Virus record (IMG/VR): IMGVR_UViG_3300032116_000001
Location: 248,001-312,000 of that record
Length of the DNA: 64,000 nt
Strand: one strand, 5' to 3'
Both the position numbers and the translations under genes were made by a program. The notes beneath the pieces are model-generated. The model saw only the letters and a program-made list of their open reading frames with translations, ran no database searches and was not told the DNA's origin. Of the stretch, positions 48,193-57,228 are shown one piece after another. Every line of letters begins with the position of its first letter. The first letter of the stretch is position 1.

Positions 48193-48775
48193 AATTGTAA
48201 TAAATGAAGATTTGCAAGTGGTTGAGACTTTGGAAACTTATGGATCACGAAGTCTGGCTCAGGCATTCGACCACTATCAAGCGCCTCGTATTAGGGATGG
48301 CGTCGAGCTTGTAACCCTTGCTGACCCAGAGACCTGGGTGCCAGCAGACTATGATAAACAATCCGAAAATTGGACCGAAAGGTCTGTTATTTTAATGTCA
48401 AAGCTATATAAAGCTTTTGAAGAAAAAATTAAAATGGTTTCTGATTATTACGTGCTCACAATGGGAGAAAGCGGAGAAAGGTTTCAACGAATTTATGCTA
48501 TTGGCGACGACCATATCACGGTTGAATATTCTTCTCGTGGATGTTTGAGGGGGTGCTGTCCCGATGAAGAATATTCTTATGATATTCCTATACAGGCACT
48601 CTGGGACACCAGCGTTATTGACAATATGAAAACCGAAAAAGAAAAAGCCGCGCAAGAGAAAAAAGCACAAGAGATTAAAGATGCCCGCGACCGCGAAAGA
48701 CAACGTAAAAAAGAACGAGAAGAAAATGAACTTAAAGAATATCATCGGCTTATGGAAAAATACAAAGGAAACTAA
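48182..48775 (+). CDS. Hypothetical protein with charged C-terminal helix
   Basis: GGAGG upstream of ATG 48182; CxxCC; ends ELKEYHRLMEKY. Confidence 0.75.
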   Translation: MWPKIVINEDLQVVETLETYGSRSLAQAFDHYQAPRIRDGVELVTLADPETWVPADYDKQSENWTERSVILMSKLYKAFEEKIKMVSDYYVLTMGESGERFQRIYAIGDDHITVEYSSRGCLRGCCPDEEYSYDIPIQALWDTSVIDNMKTEKEKAAQEKKAQEIKDARDRERQRKKEREENELKEYHRLMEKYKGN

Positions 48776-48776
48776 A

Positions 48777-49502
48777 ATGACTACCGAATACAAACCGCCA
48801 TATGTTGCTCGCCTTGGTGAAGGTTTTTTAAAGCCTTGCAAGTTTAGTGACGGAAAAGTTCACAAGATTAAATATCACTATGTTGATGTCTATGAGGTTA
48901 ATGAGGACTCAGAAACTAAAATAGGAACATACGAGGTTTCCGATTTTAAGTCCCCGCGTGTTGTGTTTCATCCGTTTAGACATGACGGTGAATGGTACGC
49001 ACTAGTAAGTGAAAGCAAAAAAATATTTGTCTATTCATTGCCAGAAATGAAATTATTAGCTGAACTTGAACCACAGGGTTGCATTAAGTTTTTAGAATTT
49101 TATATACCCAGATTTCATCATGTAGTATATAAAGGAGTTGCTTTTACTCTTGTGGACAAAGAAATTGAAGAAGATTATAAGGATAATGAAGCATGGTGCC
49201 ATGCAGATTTTGCTTTTGTAATGGGGTATGACCCGTTCTGTAATTCGCCTAATTACGTAAATATTGTTGATCTTTCAAATATTAAGATCGGAGAAATTAA
49301 ATTTAAGCAAGAATATTGGCATGAATGTCCGCAGTGGCTTGATTTAAATCAAATTGTGCAAATATCCTATTGGGATAAAAGCTTCCCTGCATTTGCAATC
49401 GCCACAGTAGAGTATGCTTCAACGTCAACGGGCTTAAAATGCGGAAACAATGGATGGACTGACGAAACTCTTGGTGCCATAGATAGTGGTGAAAAATCAT
49501 GA
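48777..49502 (+). CDS. Hypothetical beta-rich protein
   Basis: AAGGA SD; ATG 1 nt after the previous stop. Confidence 0.75.
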   Translation: MTTEYKPPYVARLGEGFLKPCKFSDGKVHKIKYHYVDVYEVNEDSETKIGTYEVSDFKSPRVVFHPFRHDGEWYALVSESKKIFVYSLPEMKLLAELEPQGCIKFLEFYIPRFHHVVYKGVAFTLVDKEIEEDYKDNEAWCHADFAFVMGYDPFCNSPNYVNIVDLSNIKIGEIKFKQEYWHECPQWLDLNQIVQISYWDKSFPAFAIATVEYASTSTGLKCGNNGWTDETLGAIDSGEKS

Positions 49503-49825
49503 GCTAGACTACCGCGCCTTATATATATATTTTCGTTAGAAAAGACATTGGCGTAGCGGACCAGATGGTTCAGGCCTGTCATGCTGCGCAAGAATCGGGA
49601 GCTAAATTTGGCTGCCCCGATTCTTGCCACCTTGTTCTTTGCTCGGTTGAAAATACATTTGAATTGGAAAAAATAAGCTATGTTTGCCAAGAGAATGACA
49701 TAAAATTTGTTACTTTTTACGAGCCTGATGACCAGATGGGAGACACTGCAATTTGCACGGAACCAATCTGGGGAGAAAAAAGAAAGGCTTTTAGAAAATT
49801 TAACACATGGAAACCCGTGGTATAA
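49499..49825 (+). CDS. Pth2-like peptidyl-tRNA hydrolase with in-frame TAG at codon 3 (49505-49507)
   Basis: ATG AGC TAG ACT..., then YIFVRKDI...QMVQACHAAQE...HLVLCSVEN..EL...FYEPD....TAICTEP; ATGA overlap with the upstream stop; the ORF-track start at 49565 would remove the conserved VRxD strand. Confidence 0.8.
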
Positions 49826-49853
49826 ATATTGATTTCTTTTCGTAGAATAATTA

Positions 49854-51659
49854 ATGAACATTGTTATTGCTCAATTAGAACTCCGCACGGGCGACCTATA
49901 CGGGAATACTGCGAAAATTATCAACACCGTGGAAGAATCAAGCGACAATTCCGTGATTATATTTCCAGAACTTGCTGTCACTGGGTATAATTGCGGGTCG
50001 CTTTTTGAAAGTGACGACTTTATCAATGACGCCCTTGAGTGTGTGGATCAAATTGTTAAAGCGACTAAGGGCACAAACAAAACTGCTATTTTTGGAGCAC
50101 CGAGATTTGCCACGCCTGATAGAGAACCTAACGGTAACATCAGACTCCACAACAGTGCTATGATCGCAAGAGACGGAAAACTTCTTGCTGTTTACGACAA
50201 GATTTTGTTGGCTAATGATTTTCAGCATGAAGATCGAAAATATTTTATTCCTGGTGAGAATCTATTCACATTCCAGGTTGGCGATCAGGTGGCGGGCGTT
50301 CTTATCTGTGAGGATATCTGGGCACCCGATCATGACCGAAACTTGGTTGCAGAGCTTAAAGCCCTCAATCCTGATCTTTCCATGATCTTTTGCATCAACT
50401 ATAGTTACTACACTTATGAGAAGCATTCAGCTCGTCAAAATTTGCTTTCTAATCTTGCACGAGATCATAAAGTAGGAATTTTTTATGTTAACGCCGTGGG
50501 GGTGGGAGATATTGTTAAGAACTTTATGGTTTATGACGGTAGGTCGATGGTTTATGATGCCTTGGGCAATCTGTTTGACATCCTTCCGTCTTTCGAAGAA
50601 AAAATTATATCTTGCTCCTTAAAAAAGGGGAAAATTTTCAATTGGTTTGACAATGATTGGGATGGAATTGACAAGCGTAATCAAAGGAGATTTCTATATT
50701 CAAAGAATGATAAATACCAGACTATCTGGTGTGCCCTGAAATATGCTTTGCGTCAGTTGATGGACCAAACTGGCATAGAGCGTGCCCAAGTTCACGTTTC
50801 TGGTGGCATAGACAGCGCCGTTGTGGCAGCGCTTTGCGCCAAGGCGCTTGGGCCTGATCGTTGTGTTTTCATTAGTAATCCCTCCCAATATAATGGAGAT
50901 ATTACTAAAAATAATGCTCAGTACATTGCTGACAAGCTCGGGGTCCCCCTGTATTGGATGCCCGTGGGCGATCTTACAAATCATGCCAAGTCGATTTTCC
51001 AAAATGCTTACTTGGAATCTGCAGAAGATGGTTGTCGCATGCCCCTTGCCAGCGAAGAGCTTCCCCAGATGGTGGACACTACATTAGATGCTGTAGGTCG
51101 AACATTGCTTGGCCTGTCAATCTGTCATTATTTTAAATCGGCTATTATTTCCACGGGCAATCACACTGAAAATGTACTTGGATGGTTTACTTTCCATGAC
51201 GTGGGCAGCGTGGGTCTTTTCCAGCCGCTTGGTGACCTGACAAAATCAGAGGTAAATTGCTTGGCGAAATATATCAATGAAATATATGAGGATGAAATCA
51301 TTCCAATCAATCTTTATGATGGAAGCACCAAGCCCATGGCTGAGCTTGCAGACAGTAGCGAAGACCCATTTGATTATCCTCTGTATTCTGGAATTTGTGC
51401 CGAAATTATCCGACGCAGGATGACTGTAAGAGACCTGGAAGAAGCCTATGATAATCACACGTTAACTACTGATTATTTTTGCGAATGCGACCCATACAAT
51501 TATCCCAAGGATGTTTTTGTGTCGGCGGCACGTGATGCCTGGAATCGATCAAAGAGGAGTGTATTTAAGTGCGCACAATCATCCCCAACACTTATTGTTT
51601 CTCCCAGAAGCAGAGGCTTTAGTTCAAGAGAGACAATTTTAAACTACTATAATTCTTAA
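49854..51659 (+). CDS. nadE: Glutamine-dependent NAD+ synthetase
   Basis: Nitrilase-fold FPELAVTGY, YDK..L, ICEDIW; synthetase SGGIDSAV, STGNHTE, LGDLTKSEV, PMAEL. Confidence 0.93.
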   Translation: MNIVIAQLELRTGDLYGNTAKIINTVEESSDNSVIIFPELAVTGYNCGSLFESDDFINDALECVDQIVKATKGTNKTAIFGAPRFATPDREPNGNIRLHNSAMIARDGKLLAVYDKILLANDFQHEDRKYFIPGENLFTFQVGDQVAGVLICEDIWAPDHDRNLVAELKALNPDLSMIFCINYSYYTYEKHSARQNLLSNLARDHKVGIFYVNAVGVGDIVKNFMVYDGRSMVYDALGNLFDILPSFEEKIISCSLKKGKIFNWFDNDWDGIDKRNQRRFLYSKNDKYQTIWCALKYALRQLMDQTGIERAQVHVSGGIDSAVVAALCAKALGPDRCVFISNPSQYNGDITKNNAQYIADKLGVPLYWMPVGDLTNHAKSIFQNAYLESAEDGCRMPLASEELPQMVDTTLDAVGRTLLGLSICHYFKSAIISTGNHTENVLGWFTFHDVGSVGLFQPLGDLTKSEVNCLAKYINEIYEDEIIPINLYDGSTKPMAELADSSEDPFDYPLYSGICAEIIRRRMTVRDLEEAYDNHTLTTDYFCECDPYNYPKDVFVSAARDAWNRSKRSVFKCAQSSPTLIVSPRSRGFSSRETILNYYNS

Positions 51660-51671
51660 GGAGATTTTACA

Positions 51672-52064
51672 ATGACACAAAGAATGAAAGAGCGCAAGAT
51701 TAAGTATATCGAAAAAACCATGGAATATCTAGATATTGAATTTATTTCAGTTTCTGACAAAAATTCTGTTTCTGAAATAATGAATGAGATTGGCTTGCCG
51801 ATGCCAGAAGATGGCCACCGTTTAAGTTTTAGGTATTATCTTTACTGTAGCCCTGGACAACAAGAAATGATATTAAGAGACGGAGGTTTCGAGCGCGGCT
51901 CTTACCCTGCCACAAACACTATGATTGATGAAGTTTTCTTTCATTGTTGTCAAATTTTGCCACAAAAGATATATCAAGACATTTTGGAAAACGAATATAA
52001 AAATAAAATCCACAATTTGATTCTTAAATTTGAAGATATAGAAGAGCGATTAAGAATATTTTAA
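51672..52064 (+). CDS. Hypothetical protein
   Basis: 130-aa ORF with GGAG SD. Confidence 0.7.
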   Translation: MTQRMKERKIKYIEKTMEYLDIEFISVSDKNSVSEIMNEIGLPMPEDGHRLSFRYYLYCSPGQQEMILRDGGFERGSYPATNTMIDEVFFHCCQILPQKIYQDILENEYKNKIHNLILKFEDIEERLRIF

Positions 52065-52079
52065 CATGATACAAATTAT

Positions 52080-52820
52080 ATGATGAACCAATTATTTCAA
52101 AAAGACAAAAACACTTCTGTTAGAGAGCACCCGCTTTCTCTAAATTCAGCAATGGTGCAGGCCGTCCTTGATGGCCGCAAGACGCAGACGCGGCTGATCG
52201 TGAAGATGACCGACTTTGGTAAGCCTGCTCCTGGTCCATGCAATCATACCCAACGAGTGTTTGAATCAGACGGCAAATTCTATCAACAAGATTGTTTTAT
52301 TCCCCCATGCGCTTTGCCTATTTTGGGGCCGCGACATGAAATTTCATGTCCTTACGGCATTCCTGGCGACCGCCTTTGGGTGCGCGAGACGTGGTGTGAG
52401 CTGCGCGTGGGCCACTTCAACGAGCTTGGCCTCCCGCGTGACCTGCTTGTTACTCGTTACGACGACCCGCGTCGCAACGGGGCGGCGTATCGCGCCAATT
52501 GCAGCGCGGAGGGCGAAGAAATCCGCGCCAGCTACGGCTATCGCTGGAAGCCCTCCATCCACATGCCCCGATGGGCCTCAAGACTTACACTTGAAATTGT
52601 AAATGTTCGCGTGGAACGATTGCATGACCTGTCCGAAGCCGACGCTCTTGACGAAGGATGTGACATTAATCTTTTGCCTGACGGTGCGGGAGAAGGTGGT
52701 GAGTTTACCTGCCCAACAGAATGGTTTATGAACTTATGGAATACCAAATACGGTTCGAAGGCATGGGATGATAATCCATGGGTATGGGTTATTGATTTCA
52801 AGCGAACGGAGGATGAATAA
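52080..52820 (+). CDS. ASCH/PUA-like conserved phage protein
   Basis: MVQAVLDGRKTQTR, PYG..GDRLWVRETW, WKPSIHMPRWASRL, VERL.D, NPWVWV. Confidence 0.85.
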   Translation: MMNQLFQKDKNTSVREHPLSLNSAMVQAVLDGRKTQTRLIVKMTDFGKPAPGPCNHTQRVFESDGKFYQQDCFIPPCALPILGPRHEISCPYGIPGDRLWVRETWCELRVGHFNELGLPRDLLVTRYDDPRRNGAAYRANCSAEGEEIRASYGYRWKPSIHMPRWASRLTLEIVNVRVERLHDLSEADALDEGCDINLLPDGAGEGGEFTCPTEWFMNLWNTKYGSKAWDDNPWVWVIDFKRTEDE

Positions 52821-53054
52821 ATGAAAAACGCATATGTTCGGCCCAGAGGGGAACAATGGATTGTGATTTCCGAAGGATGTAAGAGGCCATCAACAGTGCG
52901 TCATACGTTGGCGGACGCTATTAAAATTGGCCGCAGAATTGCCATGAACCGAGGTTGTGAGTTGATTGTCTATCGGGTAGACGGTACGATGCGCTCAAAA
53001 GATAGTTTGGGGACCGACCCATTTCCGCCAATGCCGAGGGATGATGAGAAATGA
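52821..53054 (+). CDS. DUF2188-family protein
   Basis: V.PR...W.V..EG..R.S....T..DAI...R.IA...EL.....DG.....DS.G.DPFPP. Confidence 0.85.
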   Translation: MKNAYVRPRGEQWIVISEGCKRPSTVRHTLADAIKIGRRIAMNRGCELIVYRVDGTMRSKDSLGTDPFPPMPRDDEK

Positions 53055-53347
53055 CAATTCTCTATAAGTCTTACGGACAGCTGGTTTTGTGGGCCAACTG
53101 TGAAGAAATTGGCGGTGATTACTGGCAACATGCTCATATTATTGATGATAGTGAATGGGAACGCTTACTTAATGAAGCGCAAGGGAATAAGGACGTGATT
53201 AGGCCACAAGATATTGATTCTACTGGGCACACAGTGCCGCTTTTAGAAGTTACGGAAGACCTTCTTAGTATAATGTGCGAAAGCGAAGGTGTTGAGTTAA
53301 TTCATATTTGGCCTGATGACCAGGAGGAACAGGATGACATGTTATGA
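53051..53347 (+). CDS. Hypothetical acidic protein
   Basis: ATGA-coupled 98-aa ORF. Confidence 0.7.
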   Translation: MTILYKSYGQLVLWANCEEIGGDYWQHAHIIDDSEWERLLNEAQGNKDVIRPQDIDSTGHTVPLLEVTEDLLSIMCESEGVELIHIWPDDQEEQDDML

Positions 53348-53552
53348 GGCTTTTGACGCCCTGCTGGCAGGCAAGCGAGTGCGTCGAGCAGCGTGGACTG
53401 AAGCGACTTCATGGAAGATGTCGTCCAAGCAGGATGATTACCCAACTCTTATACAAATGTGGGTGGGTAATACCGTAATCACTACGTATGTCACCGAGGA
53501 AGACCTCACTGCTACCGACTGGGAAGTTGTACCCAACCAAGAAAATAAATAA
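53334..53552 (+). CDS. DUF2829 / Tad2-like (Thoeris anti-defence 2-like) protein
   Basis: MTCYEAFDALLAGKRVRRAAW...EDLTATDWEVV; AGGAGG SD. Confidence 0.75.
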   Translation: MTCYEAFDALLAGKRVRRAAWTEATSWKMSSKQDDYPTLIQMWVGNTVITTYVTEEDLTATDWEVVPNQENK

Positions 53553-53557
53553 AAACA

Positions 53558-54007
53558 ATGACACAAACCATATATTTAGCTGGCCCTATTGGGGGATTCG
53601 CCAAATGCGCCGATTGGCGCAAAGAAGCAGAACAAGCCTTAGAAAATCATAATTTAATTGGCCTCAACCCTCTTCGTCATAAAGAGCAAATGCTCATGAA
53701 CACAAGCGCCATGACTGAACTAAATGATACGATTCACGCCCTTGAAAAGATTATCATGAGACGAGACGCTTTAGATATAGAGCAGTCTAGTGGTATGATT
53801 GTATGTTTTCAAGGGGCGGAAAAAGTCAGCGTTGGAACATGTATAGAAGTTGGGATTGCTTATGCACTTAAAAAACCAATTATTCTAGTTATGGACAGGG
53901 GTGTTGGGAACCCACACGATCATGCTATGGTCAGAGAAGCCGCTTGGGCGATAGTCAACGACATTGAAGAAGCAGTGAGGCTTATGGCAAGCTTTCTGAA
54001 TAAATAA
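53558..54007 (+). CDS. Nucleoside 2-deoxyribosyltransferase-like protein
   Basis: IYLAGPI, LNPLR, RD..DI, SVGTCIEVGIAYALKKPI. Confidence 0.85.
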   Translation: MTQTIYLAGPIGGFAKCADWRKEAEQALENHNLIGLNPLRHKEQMLMNTSAMTELNDTIHALEKIIMRRDALDIEQSSGMIVCFQGAEKVSVGTCIEVGIAYALKKPIILVMDRGVGNPHDHAMVREAAWAIVNDIEEAVRLMASFLNK

Positions 54008-54008
54008 C

Positions 54009-54659
54009 ATGAAATTATCACTTAAATCAGATTGGCGAGATTATTACGATCATATGTTTCATATGTTTGGCGATGACCTTGTCGTGTTTGAAAGACTATC
54101 GCGTAGCGGGCCAAACAAAGAGCAACAATTTGATTTTTTAGTAAGTCTGGGACAAAATACTCCTTCTTATGGGAAAATTAGTGATTTGCTAGACGAAACG
54201 AAAGACGATACGCAAAAATTTGTTATTTATGATGATTTAGACGCTCATGCTGGAGATGGGAAAAGGCTTGTAGATTATCAACAAGCCTTAAAAGAGCCTG
54301 TTGATTCTTTTGCATCTTCATATATCCCGCGCCAACAAGAAAATCCGATTACTTTACGATGGCTTCAGGTCGGATATCAACCATTTCTTCTTGAATATTC
54401 TAGCGATGATGACTGGAGATCAAATTGCGGAGATGTTAATATCAAAATTCTCCAAGTCAGCGATCTTATTGGCCCAATAAGAAAAGTGCCTTACCCTTTG
54501 TGGGCGATAGATTATATACCACTAAACAATGGAGAGGTTGTGGCTATTGACTTTAATATTTCCCCTGGACTAAGGGGCACTGGTGTAGAAGAGCATATGA
54601 CAGCTTCAGAGGTCGTTCACGCAATTACTTATGTAATGGAGATTCTTTTAAAAAAATAA
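54009..54659 (+). CDS. Hypothetical protein with ATP-grasp-like C-terminus
   Basis: DWRSNCG, WAIDY, AIDFNISPGL. Confidence 0.6.
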   Translation: MKLSLKSDWRDYYDHMFHMFGDDLVVFERLSRSGPNKEQQFDFLVSLGQNTPSYGKISDLLDETKDDTQKFVIYDDLDAHAGDGKRLVDYQQALKEPVDSFASSYIPRQQENPITLRWLQVGYQPFLLEYSSDDDWRSNCGDVNIKILQVSDLIGPIRKVPYPLWAIDYIPLNNGEVVAIDFNISPGLRGTGVEEHMTASEVVHAITYVMEILLKK

Positions 54660-54714
54660 ATGAAAACAACACTATAATAAATTACAAACCAATTTCAAAC
54701 GAGGCGAATCAAAA

Positions 54715-55413
54715 TTGACAGCAGAACTTAAAATCCCATCACATATCCCCGATCATTGGCCCCGAGAGAAAAAAATTGAAAACTTAATGGGAATTGCTTT
54801 TTATTTATCCAAGCACTGGAAATCAGTAGACAATGGCCTTGTGACTATGGATAGTGATGATATTTATCAAGTGGCTGCCATGGCAATTGTAAAGGCCGTA
54901 GATACATACAACCCTTCACACGGGGCTAAGCTTTCCACATGGGCCACGTCCCAGGCTAAACTTTCTATCAGAGACGCTGTAAGAAAAAATTCTCATGCCA
55001 CCAGAAGCATGCAGGAAAAAGGCAACAATATACGATGGGTTAGCTTTGATCAGTGTGTATCAGATGGCACAGGAGACATGATATCAATAGAAGATATTAT
55101 ATCAGAATCACAATCTTTTTCATCGGTTGATATCATCGATTTGTTACATAAAGACTGGGAAAGACAAAAGATTGAAGAATATTTACAGCGGCTAAACAAA
55201 CGTGAACAAGAAGTCATACGTGAATACATTTCTGGAAAATCTATATCTTCTATTGCAAAATCTATTGACGTTTGCGACTCAAGGGTTTATCAAATTATTG
55301 ACACTTCGATTAAGAAAATGCAAAATTATGATCGGATAGAGAGAAAAAAAGAAGAAATATCATTAGATAAACTTGAGAAGCATTATAATAATTTAGGAAG
55401 AGAAGATTTATGA
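54715..55413 (+). CDS. Sigma-70 family sigma factor (FliA/WhiG-like)
   Basis: Region 2 DDIYQVA..AIVKAVDTYNPSHGAKLSTWA; region 4 LNKREQEVI...SISSIA....SRVYQI. Confidence 0.88.
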   Translation: MTAELKIPSHIPDHWPREKKIENLMGIAFYLSKHWKSVDNGLVTMDSDDIYQVAAMAIVKAVDTYNPSHGAKLSTWATSQAKLSIRDAVRKNSHATRSMQEKGNNIRWVSFDQCVSDGTGDMISIEDIISESQSFSSVDIIDLLHKDWERQKIEEYLQRLNKREQEVIREYISGKSISSIAKSIDVCDSRVYQIIDTSIKKMQNYDRIERKKEEISLDKLEKHYNNLGREDL

Positions 55414-55706
55414 AATTAAATATTGAAATTGATAATATTACCCAATCTCAGGCGGCAGCCATTGAAGATATGCTGGCACTATGGTCAGAGCTTGGTGAAC
55501 AAAATGCCAGTCGATGGGTAGCATTTTTTGCCAACGGGCATGAAGGATTTGCTCCGATCATTAAAGTCGAAGGAAATTTCGCCAGCCGATACAAAGGTGA
55601 CATGGGTCAAAGATGGGGCAAAGTTGCTTTTAATAACAAAAACAACGAAGACGAAGAATTGGAAACAGTGTATTTCATTGACCCTCATAAAATTCACACA
55701 GAATAA
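55410..55706 (+). CDS. Hypothetical phage protein
   Basis: QAAAIEDML..W..LG...SRWVAFFA.G..F.P. Confidence 0.7.
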   Translation: MKLNIEIDNITQSQAAAIEDMLALWSELGEQNASRWVAFFANGHEGFAPIIKVEGNFASRYKGDMGQRWGKVAFNNKNNEDEELETVYFIDPHKIHTE

Positions 55707-55723
55707 AACGGGGAAAATACTCA

Positions 55724-56275
55724 ATGAATCATCCAAACATACTTGTAAATTTTTTTGGCGGCCCAGCAATTGGAAAAAGCAATTGCGCAAGATCGCTTTG
55801 TTCATTATTGAGTGAATTCGGTATATCAAACGAATATGTTCCCGAATTTGCAAAAAAATTAACTTGGAAATCTGACTTAAACACCAGATCAAACCAAGTG
55901 TTTGTTACAGCAACACAATTTGACGACATACTAACTGTTTATGATAAGGTGTCCGTAACGGTCACTGATGGCCCCTTAATTCTGGGCATGGTTTATCCAG
56001 GCCCATGCTGCACTCCCGTTTGGAAAGAACATGTTATTGAAATGCATAATTATTTCAACAACATCAACATATTTATTCAAAGAAATAATGAATGGTATCA
56101 GCCAATTGGCAGAACCCAAACACTTGAAGAATGCATAAGTGCCGATCAAAGAACTTTAGACTTCTTGAATCAATATCAAATTGATTATGTCACCATCCCA
56201 GCTGACAGACACATGTCTAGTCGTGTCTTTGATGTTTTAATGGAGAAAATAAAAAATGAGAAAACACACACATAA
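55724..56275 (+). CDS. P-loop NTPase, NadR/AAA_28-like
   Basis: NFFGGPAIGKS, EFAK.L.W, TDGPL, GRTQTLEE. Confidence 0.8.
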   Translation: MNHPNILVNFFGGPAIGKSNCARSLCSLLSEFGISNEYVPEFAKKLTWKSDLNTRSNQVFVTATQFDDILTVYDKVSVTVTDGPLILGMVYPGPCCTPVWKEHVIEMHNYFNNINIFIQRNNEWYQPIGRTQTLEECISADQRTLDFLNQYQIDYVTIPADRHMSSRVFDVLMEKIKNEKTHT

Positions 56276-56750
56276 ATACATTGAAGTGATCGTGAACGGC
56301 AAAGTTATTAGTCGATTTACTCGCCCAGAAGCTTACAAAAGTATAAATGAAGCTCGCGACAATTATTCAAGTATTTACAAGAAATGGAAAAGAGATGACT
56401 CTGATTATCCATGTCTTAATTGCGATGGGGCAGGCACTTATCATAAGTTTGAAGATAGAGACATTATAGAGGGCTACAAACTGGCTCCGCTTTATACATG
56501 TAAATCGTGCAGTGGCTCTGGCCGCGGCCCCAAAGAGATGTTTAAGGCATACTATGACGCTGAAAAACAAAAGATTAAAGCGCAACAACAAAAATTTGAC
56601 AAAGACTTAGATTCTTTTATGGAAGCGATACAAGTTCTTAGCCCCGAACAAATTTTAACACTAAATAAAATGCTAGGAAATGTGTGTCCAATTTATGAAA
56701 AAAATGCCCCAATTAAGAAAATTAAGGTGAGAAAAAATGGAATGGCGTAG
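56256..56750 (+). CDS. Protein with DnaJ-type zinc-finger repeats
   Basis: CLNCDGAG and CKSCSGSG; ends in TAG. Confidence 0.75.
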   Translation: MRKHTHKYIEVIVNGKVISRFTRPEAYKSINEARDNYSSIYKKWKRDDSDYPCLNCDGAGTYHKFEDRDIIEGYKLAPLYTCKSCSGSGRGPKEMFKAYYDAEKQKIKAQQQKFDKDLDSFMEAIQVLSPEQILTLNKMLGNVCPIYEKNAPIKKIKVRKNGMA

Positions 56751-57225
56751 TGGTGATATGCTGCAGGTAGCAAGGGAAGAAGAATGCGAAATTATTGCCT
56801 TCACTGCAAACTCCGTGCTTAAAAGCATCAACGGAAGTCAAGCTTTAGTTATGGGCGGCGGCGCAGCTAAGCGTGTTCGAGATGCTTTTCCTGGTATTGA
56901 TGTTCAGCTTGCTGAAAAAATCATAGAGTCAAGAAGTATTGACAACAATAATTCAGCAGACTATTATGTTGTTGCATCAAAAACTAATGGTTTGTGGGTT
57001 GCCGCAGTTCAAGTAAAAAGACATTGGAAAGATGATGGAGACTGGAAACTTACTGAAACAAGCCTCAAAACCTTGGCCAGACATTTGTCAAAAAATCCGA
57101 ACCGTAAATGTGTTCTTAATTGCCCGTTAATTGGGCTTGGTGGCTTTTCTGACCGCATTGATGATGTGAAACAGATGGTAGAGGACACACTTAAAGACGC
57201 CAATGTTTTCGTTTGTATAATTTGA
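56737..57225 (+). CDS. Macro-domain-like (ADP-ribose-binding) protein
   Basis: GDM, FTANS...LVMGGGAAK, VKRHWKD, PLIGLGG. Confidence 0.8.
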   Translation: MEWRSGDMLQVAREEECEIIAFTANSVLKSINGSQALVMGGGAAKRVRDAFPGIDVQLAEKIIESRSIDNNNSADYYVVASKTNGLWVAAVQVKRHWKDDGDWKLTETSLKTLARHLSKNPNRKCVLNCPLIGLGGFSDRIDDVKQMVEDTLKDANVFVCII

Positions 57226-57228
57226 CAA

